DNA of 60,606 nucleotides from Bacteroidota bacterium (GTDB lineage: Bacteria > Bacteroidota > Bacteroidia > Bacteroidales > GCA-2748055). Positions 1 through 7,653 of this stretch are shown piece by piece. The notes under the pieces are model-generated. The model was not told where the DNA came from, made no database searches, and was given only the letters and a program-made list of their open reading frames with translations. The stretch is from contig PDRI01000097.1 of assembly GCA_002748055.1 (NCBI GenBank), positions 1 through 60,606 on the forward strand, written 5' to 3'. Position 1 is the stretch's first letter. The number at the start of each line of letters is the position of its first letter. A program made the position numbers and the translations under genes.

Positions 1-2
1 AA

Positions 3-1016
3 AGGCTCAGACTGGTATTCGGCGGCGACATCATGGGACATGATTCGCAAATTAGCTCGGCCCTGGCCACGGGTGAACCCGGCTACGATTATTCCCCAAA
101 CTACCGCTACCTGAAAGGCTATCTCGAGGCCGCCGACATGGCCATTGGCAACCTGGAGCTTACCCTAGCCGGCACCCCCTATAAGGGCTATCCTGCCTTT
201 TCGAGTCCGGACGAAATTGCCGATGCATTGAAAGAGGCCGGATTCGATATCCTGCTCACTGCCAACAACCACGGCCTTGACAGGGGGCGAAAGGGCCTGG
301 AACGAACCATCGACCAGCTCGACAGCCGTTCCCTGATACAAACCGGCACCTTTCGGGACAGCCTCGACCGGGCCAGACGCTATCCCCTCCTGGTAGAAAA
401 GAAGGGCATCCGAATCGCAGTTCTGAACTTCAGTTACGGCACCAACGGCATCCCCGACCGACCGCCCACCATCATCAATCGCATCGACCGAAACATCATC
501 GAAGAGGATCTGAAAAAAGCCAAAAGTGCCAAACCCGATTTCATTCTTGTGGTTGCACACTGGGGCAGGGAATATGAGCGCTTCGAAAGCAAGGCACAAC
601 ACGAACTGGCAGACTTTCTCTTTGCCCATGGCGTAGATGCCATCATCGGCTCACATCCGCACGTAGTACAGCCCATCAGGGGGAGCAAACGAGGCAATCT
701 GGTAGCTTATTCCCTGGGCAACCTGATCTCGAACCAGCGCAAACGGTTCAGGGATGGAGGCATTCTGCTCGAACTGGAGCTTGTAAAAAACAAGGAGGGG
801 GCCCGTATCGCAAACCCCGGCTATCTGCCCGTCTGGGTAGCCAAGCCAAAAACAGCGGCAGGCAGCATGTTTACACTGCTGCCTGCCGCTGTTGATCCCG
901 GTAAAATACCCGGATTGGATTTAACTGCTGCCGACCGGATCCGGATGAAACAGTTTCTGGAAGAAACCCGGCAGCACCTTAGCGGACAGCGGGAAATAAA
1001 GCCTGACTGGCTCTAA
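3..1016 (+). CDS. CapA-family (PGA_cap, metallophosphatase-fold) protein; 5' end cut by window edge
   Basis: The frame stays open back to nt 3 (..LVFGGDIMGHD..). Motifs GNLE, LLTANNHGLDRG, HWGREY and GSHPHV are typical of the CapA family. Confidence 0.8.
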   Translation, partial: RLRLVFGGDIMGHDSQISSALATGEPGYDYSPNYRYLKGYLEAADMAIGNLELTLAGTPYKGYPAFSSPDEIADALKEAGFDILLTANNHGLDRGRKGLERTIDQLDSRSLIQTGTFRDSLDRARRYPLLVEKKGIRIAVLNFSYGTNGIPDRPPTIINRIDRNIIEEDLKKAKSAKPDFILVVAHWGREYERFESKAQHELADFLFAHGVDAIIGSHPHVVQPIRGSKRGNLVAYSLGNLISNQRKRFRDGGILLELELVKNKEGARIANPGYLPVWVAKPKTAAGSMFTLLPAAVDPGKIPGLDLTAADRIRMKQFLEETRQHLSGQREIKPDWL

Positions 1017-1040
1017 ACCGGCCCCCCTTCCTCCACCAGT

Positions 1041-1799
1041 TTATTCACTCATCCTGGGATCGACCAGAATGCGTCCGCAATACTCACAGACGATGATCTT
1101 CTTTCTGGAAGCAATATCCAGCTGACGCTGCGGGGGAATCTTGTTGAAACATCCGCCACAGGCATCACGCTCGACGGGCACAACAGCCAGTCCGTTACGT
1201 GCATTGCCGCGAATCTTCCGGTAGGCGGTCAGCAGACGAGGCTCGATAATCTCCTCCAGGGAGCCCGATTTCTCTTCCAGGTTTCCTTCCTCTTTGCGGG
1301 TCTCATCAATGATGTCCTCAAGCTCTTTTTTCTTGTTTTCAAGATCCAGTTTGCGCTCGTCCAAAACACCCCTGGATTCCTCAATCACGACCTTCTTCTC
1401 TTCAATCTGGACAGTGAATTCCCGGATGCGCTTTTCACAAAGTTCAATCTCCAGGGTCTGGAATTCGATCTCTTTCGAAAGGCTGTCGTACTCCCGGTTG
1501 TTGCGCACATTATTCTGCTGCTCTTCATACTTCTTAATGAGCTCATTCGAGTTCTGAATCTCCTGCTTCTTTCCGGCAATGGACTTATCCAGGTTCTCGA
1601 TGTCTTCATCGTACTTGGAAACCCTGGTCTGGAGTCCTTCAATTTCGTCCTCCAGGTCCTGAACCTCCAGGGGAAGCTCCCCGCGAAGAATGCGGATCTT
1701 ATCAATGGAAGTATCTACCTGTTGAAGGTCATAAAGGGCCTTTAACTTCTCAGCAACAGTCATTTCCGCAGGCTCTGCACCTTTTTTTGCTTTCGCCAT
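1041..1799 (-). CDS. Coiled-coil protein with C-terminal C4 zinc ribbon (COG1579/DUF164 type)
   Basis: Long Glu/Lys-rich coiled coil followed by CGGC...CEYCGR. It lies directly downstream of the Nif3-like gene, a widely conserved pairing. Confidence 0.75.
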   Translation of the reverse strand: MAKAKKGAEPAEMTVAEKLKALYDLQQVDTSIDKIRILRGELPLEVQDLEDEIEGLQTRVSKYDEDIENLDKSIAGKKQEIQNSNELIKKYEEQQNNVRNNREYDSLSKEIEFQTLEIELCEKRIREFTVQIEEKKVVIEESRGVLDERKLDLENKKKELEDIIDETRKEEGNLEEKSGSLEEIIEPRLLTAYRKIRGNARNGLAVVPVERDACGGCFNKIPPQRQLDIASRKKIIVCEYCGRILVDPRMSE

Positions 1800-1802
1800 G
1801 TA

Positions 1803-2900
1803 CTAATAGTATTTAATAGGATTTGTATCGATTTCCGCTATTCGGACTGCAAATTTAGGGAAATTTTTCGTAAGTAAATCATAAAATAAATCCCGGGTAA
1901 ACTGCTCACTCTCAAAATGCCCGATGTCCATGAGCACCAGCCTGCCTTCCGCCTCAAAAAACTGGTGGTACTTCAGGTCACCGGTCAGGAAAACATCTGC
2001 AGCTTCCCGAAGTGCAGAACGAATAAGAAAACTCCCCGCTCCCCCGCAGAGTGCCACCTTTGAGATCTTTCTGCCCAGGAGGGCGGAATGCCGAACCACC
2101 GGCACCCCGGTTACTGCCTTCAGTCTGTCCATGAAGGCCCTTTCGGAGAGGGCCTCTTCCAGCTCTCCGATCATGCCCATACCGGCCTCGTTCCAGGGAT
2201 TGTCGAGGGGGTAAAGATCGTAAGCCACTTCCTCATAGGGGTGGGCAAGACACATGGCCTCCACCACCCTGCCGACAAGGTGTTCGGGCAGGATGGTCTC
2301 CAACCTGCTTTCGGCTTCAAGATGCAGGCTTCCCTCTTTGCCCACATAAGGCCGGCTGCCATCCAGTGGCCTGAAAGAGCCCTGTCCCTCGCTGCGATAA
2401 CTGCACTGGTCATAGGCTCCGATGTGGCCGGCACCAGCATCAAAGATGGCCTGGCGAACCGGCTCCAGATGGTCGTGTGGAACAAACACCACCAACTTCT
2501 TCAATCGCCCTTTCATCGGATCAAGAATACGGGGCGACTGCAATCCCAGCCGGGAGGCCAGCATGCCATTCACACCTCCGGGCACGGCATCCAGGTTGGT
2601 ATGGGCACTGTAAATGGCAATATTACGGCGGATGGCCGAAATCACAATACGCTCGGTTTCATTCCTGCCCGTCAGGGATTTGAGCCCGCCAAAGATCAGG
2701 GGATGATGTGTAAGCACCAGATTGCAGCCCTTTCTTTCTGCCTCGTCAAGGACCCCGATGGTCATGTCGAGCGAAAGCAGTGCGGCCTCTATGGGCATGT
2801 CGGCATCTCCCACCTGCAGTCCGGCATTGTCATAAGACTCCTGCAAAGCCGGAGGGGCAAAGGCCTCCAGCACCCTGATAATGTCCTTCAAGATTGGCAT
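1803..2900 (-). CDS. Nif3-like dinuclear metal centre protein
   Basis: N-terminal YDNAGLQVGD and LTHHPLIF motifs, a central insert domain, and C-terminal GHFESE. Confidence 0.85.
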   Translation of the reverse strand: MPILKDIIRVLEAFAPPALQESYDNAGLQVGDADMPIEAALLSLDMTIGVLDEAERKGCNLVLTHHPLIFGGLKSLTGRNETERIVISAIRRNIAIYSAHTNLDAVPGGVNGMLASRLGLQSPRILDPMKGRLKKLVVFVPHDHLEPVRQAIFDAGAGHIGAYDQCSYRSEGQGSFRPLDGSRPYVGKEGSLHLEAESRLETILPEHLVGRVVEAMCLAHPYEEVAYDLYPLDNPWNEAGMGMIGELEEALSERAFMDRLKAVTGVPVVRHSALLGRKISKVALCGGAGSFLIRSALREAADVFLTGDLKYHQFFEAEGRLVLMDIGHFESEQFTRDLFYDLLTKNFPKFAVRIAEIDTNPIKYY

Positions 2901-2921
2901 CTTATTCGAATTGGGCTTGAA

Positions 2922-3257
2922 TCAAAGGCTGTCCCTGACCTCGATCAGCATATTCTTTATGCCTTCCAGTGCCTTGACAATCTCAAAATTGTGCTCGGTA
3001 TCAGCCTTGTTCTCCTTCATCTTCTTTCTGGCTCCTTTGAGGGTCATGCCCCGTTCCTTCACCAGGTGATAGATGATGTGGAAATTTTCAATGTCGCGCT
3101 GCGTAAAAAGACGGTTGCCCTTCTTGTTCTTCCTGGGCTTAATCATGTCGAACTCCTTTTCCCAATAGCGAATCAAAGATGTATTCACGTCAAACATCTC
3201 CGCCACCTCACCGATGGAATAGTAGAGCTTCTCAACTTTTGCTTCCTTATAAGGCAT
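2922..3257 (-). CDS. MerR-family transcriptional regulator
   Basis: Helix-turn-helix YYSIGEVAEMFDVNTSLIRYWEKEF plus RLFTQRDIE. Small 111-aa protein. Confidence 0.8.
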   Translation of the reverse strand: MPYKEAKVEKLYYSIGEVAEMFDVNTSLIRYWEKEFDMIKPRKNKKGNRLFTQRDIENFHIIYHLVKERGMTLKGARKKMKENKADTEHNFEIVKALEGIKNMLIEVRDSL

Positions 3258-3322
3258 AGTAAGCAGACTTGCCGATTAAAACAGACTCCAATTTAAGAAA
3301 AACATGAAGATACCCGGCCAGA

Positions 3323-4528
3323 TTAGGGTGAAAGATGCCGGCTTTCTTTCCGTCTCAGGCTCCCATCGCTGCCGATTTCCAGTTCCTGCATGGGAAAATC
3401 GGACGTACTCAGGGTCCTGATCTTCTCGGTGGCCCTCTTATACGGATCGGGACGGGGCCCGCCCTCGCCCGATTGGCAGATCGGAACAATCTGCCCCTTC
3501 AGGAAGCGCCCGGAAGGGCTTACCATCAGCTTCAGGATGGGCGCAATGCCGTTTGGGCCCGACAGATTAAAGCGGCCATAGGTTGCAAAATTCCCAAGAC
3601 TGTAACAGATGATGCGGTCTCTGTACAATTCGATGGCCCTGCTCACGTGCGGACCGTGCCCGAAAACAATATCGGCCCCCGCATCAACTACGGCATGCGC
3701 AAAGCGATAAACGGAGCCCCTGTTGTAACCCAGAAAGACCTCATCCCCTTTCACCACGTGCTGATGGTTGCGCCCCTCTGCCCCCCCATGGAAGGAAATG
3801 ATCACAACATCGCTGATGCTGTCGAGGTGGCGGGCAATATCAGCTGCCGCCCTGTAATTAAGCATGTCCATGCACCCCCGGTTGGGGGCGAAAGCCGCGA
3901 AGCCATAGCGCAGGCCATCCTTCTCCAATACCGTGTAGGGGCGCTCGAGAAAACCCGCAAAGGCAAAGCCCAGGGAATCCAGAATACCTGCGGTAATGGC
4001 CCGGCCCTCCGGACCAAAATCATTCACATGGTTATTGGCCACGCTCAGCAGATCATAACCGGCATCGGCCAGGCACTGCCCAAAACGGGCCGGCATCCGA
4101 AACACATAACAATTGCCGTTATCGCGGCAGTGCTTGGGCACACCTCCGTAGTCGCCCAGCCCCCCTTCCAGGTTGCCAAAGAGCAGGTGGCCCGACTGAA
4201 GAATGTGATGAACAGGGCGAAGCAAAGGGCTGCAGTCCCCTCCGGGAGGGAGGTAGTTCTCCGAGGGATACCAGGTTCCCAGCATAATATCGCCGGTCCC
4301 GATAATGCAGAGGCTGTCGGGCGGGGAAAGGGGAACAAAGCGATCATTGCAGCCGGCCATGATCCGAGCCCATTGCAGGCTGTCGATGCCCATTGAAAGG
4401 GCTGGGCAGCCGGAAAAAGCCGAATCCGGGAGGACCGGTGTCGCTTGCACCTTCTTCCCCCGCTGGGCATGCAAAAAGGGGCTGCCGGATAAAAGAAGGG
4501 CAGCCATCAAAAGAAACCGGAAAGGCAT
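3323..4528 (-). CDS. CapA-family protein with signal peptide (second paralogue)
   Basis: Motifs GDIMLG, GNLEG, LLSVANNHVNDFG, SFHGGAEG and GHGPHV. I prefer the start at MPFRFLLMAALLLSGSPFLHA (4528), which removes the overlap produced by the track start at 4561. Confidence 0.75.
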   Translation of the reverse strand: MPFRFLLMAALLLSGSPFLHAQRGKKVQATPVLPDSAFSGCPALSMGIDSLQWARIMAGCNDRFVPLSPPDSLCIIGTGDIMLGTWYPSENYLPPGGDCSPLLRPVHHILQSGHLLFGNLEGGLGDYGGVPKHCRDNGNCYVFRMPARFGQCLADAGYDLLSVANNHVNDFGPEGRAITAGILDSLGFAFAGFLERPYTVLEKDGLRYGFAAFAPNRGCMDMLNYRAAADIARHLDSISDVVIISFHGGAEGRNHQHVVKGDEVFLGYNRGSVYRFAHAVVDAGADIVFGHGPHVSRAIELYRDRIICYSLGNFATYGRFNLSGPNGIAPILKLMVSPSGRFLKGQIVPICQSGEGGPRPDPYKRATEKIRTLSTSDFPMQELEIGSDGSLRRKESRHLSP

Positions 4529-4532
4529 TCGC

Positions 4533-5504
4533 CTAGTTAATGTCAAAGTTCGGATCGGCATCGGCCAACATCTCGATCATGGTCTCGTATTCTGCGGCCG
4601 AGAGATCCGAAGTGTAGTAGTCGATGGGATCGACCGGGCGGCCATTTACATGCACTTCATAATGCAGGTGATGCGACTTGGACAGGCCGGTATTCCCGAC
4701 CCTGGCAATCAGTTCCCCCCTTTTGACTTCCTGGCCGGGCTTTACAAGGACCTCATCGCAATGCCCATAGAGGGTGCGGTAACCATAACCATGATCCAGC
4801 AGAACCTTGTTTCCGAAGCCTCCCGGGCGATAGCCTGCCTGGAGAACCGTGCCATCGGCCGTGGCAAAGATGCTGGTGCCACGCGGCGCAGTCAGGTCGA
4901 TCCCATTGTGCGGCCGCATGATTTTTAAGATGGGATGGTAGCGCATTCCAAAAGCGGAACCAAAGTGGACCAGGTCCTTCATACTGATTGGCTGTATCGC
5001 CGGCCTGGCAGCCAGCCTGGCCTCTTTGTTGGCAGCCATTTCGATAACCTCATCAAAGGAGGAGGACTGCACCACAATTTTTCGTTCAATCTGGTCTATT
5101 CCCCGAAAGACAGAGGCCAGAAGCTCACCATGTTTCCGGTCTTGCAGATAGTCGTAACGCCTCGATCCTCCAACCCCTGCAAAGCGCTGGGTCTCGGGAA
5201 AGGCTTCGACCTCGAAATACACCCGAAAAATACGGTCATCATGGAAAGCCACATCCTGCAGGACCTGCTCATAGTGGCGGATATCCCTGTTCATCTGGCC
5301 CAGCTCATGGGTCATCTGCTGCTGCTCGGCCACCAGCCTGTCAACCCGCGGCGAGTTCATCCGGCTGTCCCTCAAAAGCAAAATAGCCGTACCCAGAAGG
5401 AAGGTCAGTCCCAATAAACTAAAAAACCGGATCAACTTTTGTTTCCGGGTAGTAACGACAAGCTGGTAAGACAGCGTATCGGGACTGAACTGGTATCTCT
5501 CCAT
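4533..5504 (-). CDS. M23-family metallopeptidase, N-terminal TM + coiled coil (paralogue 1)
   Basis: HNGIDLTAP (HxxxD) and HLHYEVH (HxH) motifs. Start chosen at MERYQFSPDTL by alignment with the N-termini of the two paralogues. The track start is 5540. Confidence 0.85.
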   Translation of the reverse strand: MERYQFSPDTLSYQLVVTTRKQKLIRFFSLLGLTFLLGTAILLLRDSRMNSPRVDRLVAEQQQMTHELGQMNRDIRHYEQVLQDVAFHDDRIFRVYFEVEAFPETQRFAGVGGSRRYDYLQDRKHGELLASVFRGIDQIERKIVVQSSSFDEVIEMAANKEARLAARPAIQPISMKDLVHFGSAFGMRYHPILKIMRPHNGIDLTAPRGTSIFATADGTVLQAGYRPGGFGNKVLLDHGYGYRTLYGHCDEVLVKPGQEVKRGELIARVGNTGLSKSHHLHYEVHVNGRPVDPIDYYTSDLSAAEYETMIEMLADADPNFDIN

Positions 5505-5532
5505 AGGCCACGAATATAGGAAAAAAGTCAAA

Positions 5533-6495
5533 TTAATCAAACGATTGGCCCGACATGACCGAGATCTGGATCAGCTTGTCGTAGTCGGCCGGCCCAAGCT
5601 CCAGGAAGAAAAAGTTAATCGGATTCTGAGCTTTGCCATCCTTGTGAACCTCGTAGTGCAGGTGAGGTGCCACGCTCAGTCCCGAGTCCCCTACCGTTCC
5701 AATCTGTTCTCCGCGCTTCACACTATTCCCCTGTCTGACAGTAATCTCATCCATACAGGCGTAGAGGGTGTGGTAGCCGTTTCTGTGATTGATAAGGACC
5801 TGGTTACCCAGCCCCCTTCTCGAGCGAATCACCTTCTGCACCACCCCTTCGGCAGTTGCCATCACGGGACTGCCCACCGGTGCAGAGAAATCGATGCCGC
5901 TATGCATGCGCCGGATCTTATAGATCGGATGAATCCGGTAGCCAAAGCCCGAAGCAATGAGGGAAAGATCGGCATTGGCTATGGGCTGAATACCGGGAAC
6001 AGCAGATAAGCTTTTGCGATATTGATCGGCCCTGTAATTCGTTTTCACATAAACATCCTGCATCCTTTTTTTCTTCAGAAAAAGGGAATCGAGCCGACCG
6101 GCTGTATAATAGACAATCTCCTTATTCCCGGCCTCCATCAACTCCTGAAACTCGGCTCCGCCACCCGGATAAAACCCCGGGTCCACAGGTTCGGTTTCGA
6201 AGATGACCCGATAAATGTCTTTATCGATGCGCTCCACCTCACTCATTACCGTATCGACCATCTGCTTGCGCTGGCTCAGAATCTCGTACTGCTCGCGCAA
6301 TGCCTCATTCTCGTGCCGGATCGATCGCTCCCGGGGGGTGTCGAAGAAAAAGGAGTACAGCACATTGAGCAGGATGGCAATGAAGATGATCGCTGCTGCA
6401 TACAGCCCGATACGCCCGAGCCTGCGCTTCAGGCTGTTGTCGAGACTGGCATACTTCAGATTCTCGGGATCGAATTTAAACTGTGAACCGGTCAT
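5533..6495 (-). CDS. M23-family metallopeptidase (paralogue 2)
   Basis: HSGIDFSAP and HLHYEVH motifs, N-terminal TM helix, coiled-coil segment. Confidence 0.85.
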   Translation of the reverse strand: MTGSQFKFDPENLKYASLDNSLKRRLGRIGLYAAAIIFIAILLNVLYSFFFDTPRERSIRHENEALREQYEILSQRKQMVDTVMSEVERIDKDIYRVIFETEPVDPGFYPGGGAEFQELMEAGNKEIVYYTAGRLDSLFLKKKRMQDVYVKTNYRADQYRKSLSAVPGIQPIANADLSLIASGFGYRIHPIYKIRRMHSGIDFSAPVGSPVMATAEGVVQKVIRSRRGLGNQVLINHRNGYHTLYACMDEITVRQGNSVKRGEQIGTVGDSGLSVAPHLHYEVHKDGKAQNPINFFFLELGPADYDKLIQISVMSGQSFD

Positions 6496-6569
6496 TCACA
6501 CCATTTTGCGCGAATTTAATAAAAAGAAGTCGTTCAGGGGACAGTTTCTGTGGAGAAGCCCGGAGCCAT

Positions 6570-7532
6570 TCAGCCTTCCGGACTATTTGCAATCTTCGCC
6601 AGCAGGGTGTACTCTTCCGGCCCGAAATCGTTCGAAAAGAAATACATGGGGTCCTTGGTCTGGTTATGAAAACGCACCTCGTAATGAAGGTGGGGACCGG
6701 TAGAACGCCCCGAATTACCAAGCGTAGCAATCACTTCTCCCCGCTTAACGACCTGGCCGGGCTTTACAAGAATCGTACCCAGATGAGCATAGACCGTCGA
6801 GTACCCAAAACCGTGGTCCACAACAACCTTCAGTCCATAGCCACTGCCCGTGTTTTTAGCAAAGCTTACCCTGCCATTTCCGGTGGCGTGAACCTTCAGT
6901 CCCCGGGCACCTGCCAGATCAATCCCATGATGCGCGGTACGCCTCTTTGTGAAGGGATCGGTACGGTAACCATAGGGAGAAGTGAGCCAGTAGGTGTCAG
7001 CGGTCGAAATCGGATTGATCGAAGGCTTGCAGGCCAGGAACTCATGGGTCAGCAAGGCTTCCTTATAGACCGATTCCAGGCTCTTCGACTGAACCTCAAG
7101 CTGACCCGAAAGCTGGGTCATGTGGGAGGAAACCGCAATCAGCTCCCCGGCATCACGGACCGAAGCAATCGAGGAATAAGGGACCGAACCACCCGTACCG
7201 GCCTTACGAATACTCGGAGAAATGGGATCCAGACTGAGGATGGAACGGTAAAAGCGATCGTCCCGATCCCTGAGCCTTATAAGCTCATCTTCGTATTGTT
7301 CCAATTCGGTATTTAGTGCAGAATAGGCCTCACGCAATTCAGTATTCTCCCTCATGTAAGCCAACTCACGAGGTGTTTCGTAAACTCGCTCGTAGGCAAT
7401 CCGTAAACCGATTGCCAAAAAAACCAAACCCAGAACACAGCCTGCCGTAAAACGGAGTCGCTGATCCCTTCCCATCCTAACCTTCTCAATTCTAAGGTTT
7501 TCCGGATTTATGCGGTAGTTTCGACTAAACAT
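6570..7532 (-). CDS. M23-family metallopeptidase (paralogue 3)
   Basis: HHGIDLAGA and HLHYEVR motifs, N-terminal TM helix, coiled-coil segment. Confidence 0.85.
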   Translation of the reverse strand: MFSRNYRINPENLRIEKVRMGRDQRLRFTAGCVLGLVFLAIGLRIAYERVYETPRELAYMRENTELREAYSALNTELEQYEDELIRLRDRDDRFYRSILSLDPISPSIRKAGTGGSVPYSSIASVRDAGELIAVSSHMTQLSGQLEVQSKSLESVYKEALLTHEFLACKPSINPISTADTYWLTSPYGYRTDPFTKRRTAHHGIDLAGARGLKVHATGNGRVSFAKNTGSGYGLKVVVDHGFGYSTVYAHLGTILVKPGQVVKRGEVIATLGNSGRSTGPHLHYEVRFHNQTKDPMYFFSNDFGPEEYTLLAKIANSPEG

Positions 7533-7550
7533 ATTTCAAATTCTAAAGGC

Positions 7551-7558
7551 CAAAAATA
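7551..7558 (-). promoter_or_regulatory. Candidate Bacteroidota -7 promoter element (TATTTTTG on minus strand) for the M23 gene run
   Basis: The plus strand reads CAAAAATA, the reverse complement of the TAnnTTTG consensus, about 19 nt upstream of the 7532 start. Confidence 0.35.
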
Positions 7559-7598
7559 AAAAACCCATCACTATCTCCCAACTGTTCGTCAAAAAAAT

Positions 7599-7606
7599 TA
7601 TTTTTG
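7599..7606 (+). promoter_or_regulatory. Candidate Bacteroidota -7 promoter element (TATTTTTG) for alaS
   Basis: Exact TAnnTTTG match 48 nt upstream of the first in-frame ATG of alaS. Confidence 0.35.
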
Positions 7607-7653
7607 CATTCTGCTTGACTTCTACGTAACTTTTATATCCGGGTTACCTTAAT

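Noticed and set aside
2088-3296. 402-aa open frame on the plus strand, antisense to both the Nif3-like and MerR genes.
   Set aside because: - It has no recognisable motifs, and its composition (rich in G/H/Q/L/P) is typical of the reverse complement of real genes.
- Both genes it overlaps carry strong family signatures.
- I treat it as a shadow ORF.
3335-4396. 353-aa antisense ORF opposite the second CapA gene. Similar long antisense ORFs lie at 21182-22216 (344 aa), 58007-58822 (271 aa), 17164-17976 (270 aa) and 15805-16491 (228 aa).
   Set aside because: - All lie entirely within well-supported genes on the other strand.
- None shows a domain motif, signal peptide or plausible start context.
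- They are most simply explained by codon-usage-driven stop depletion.
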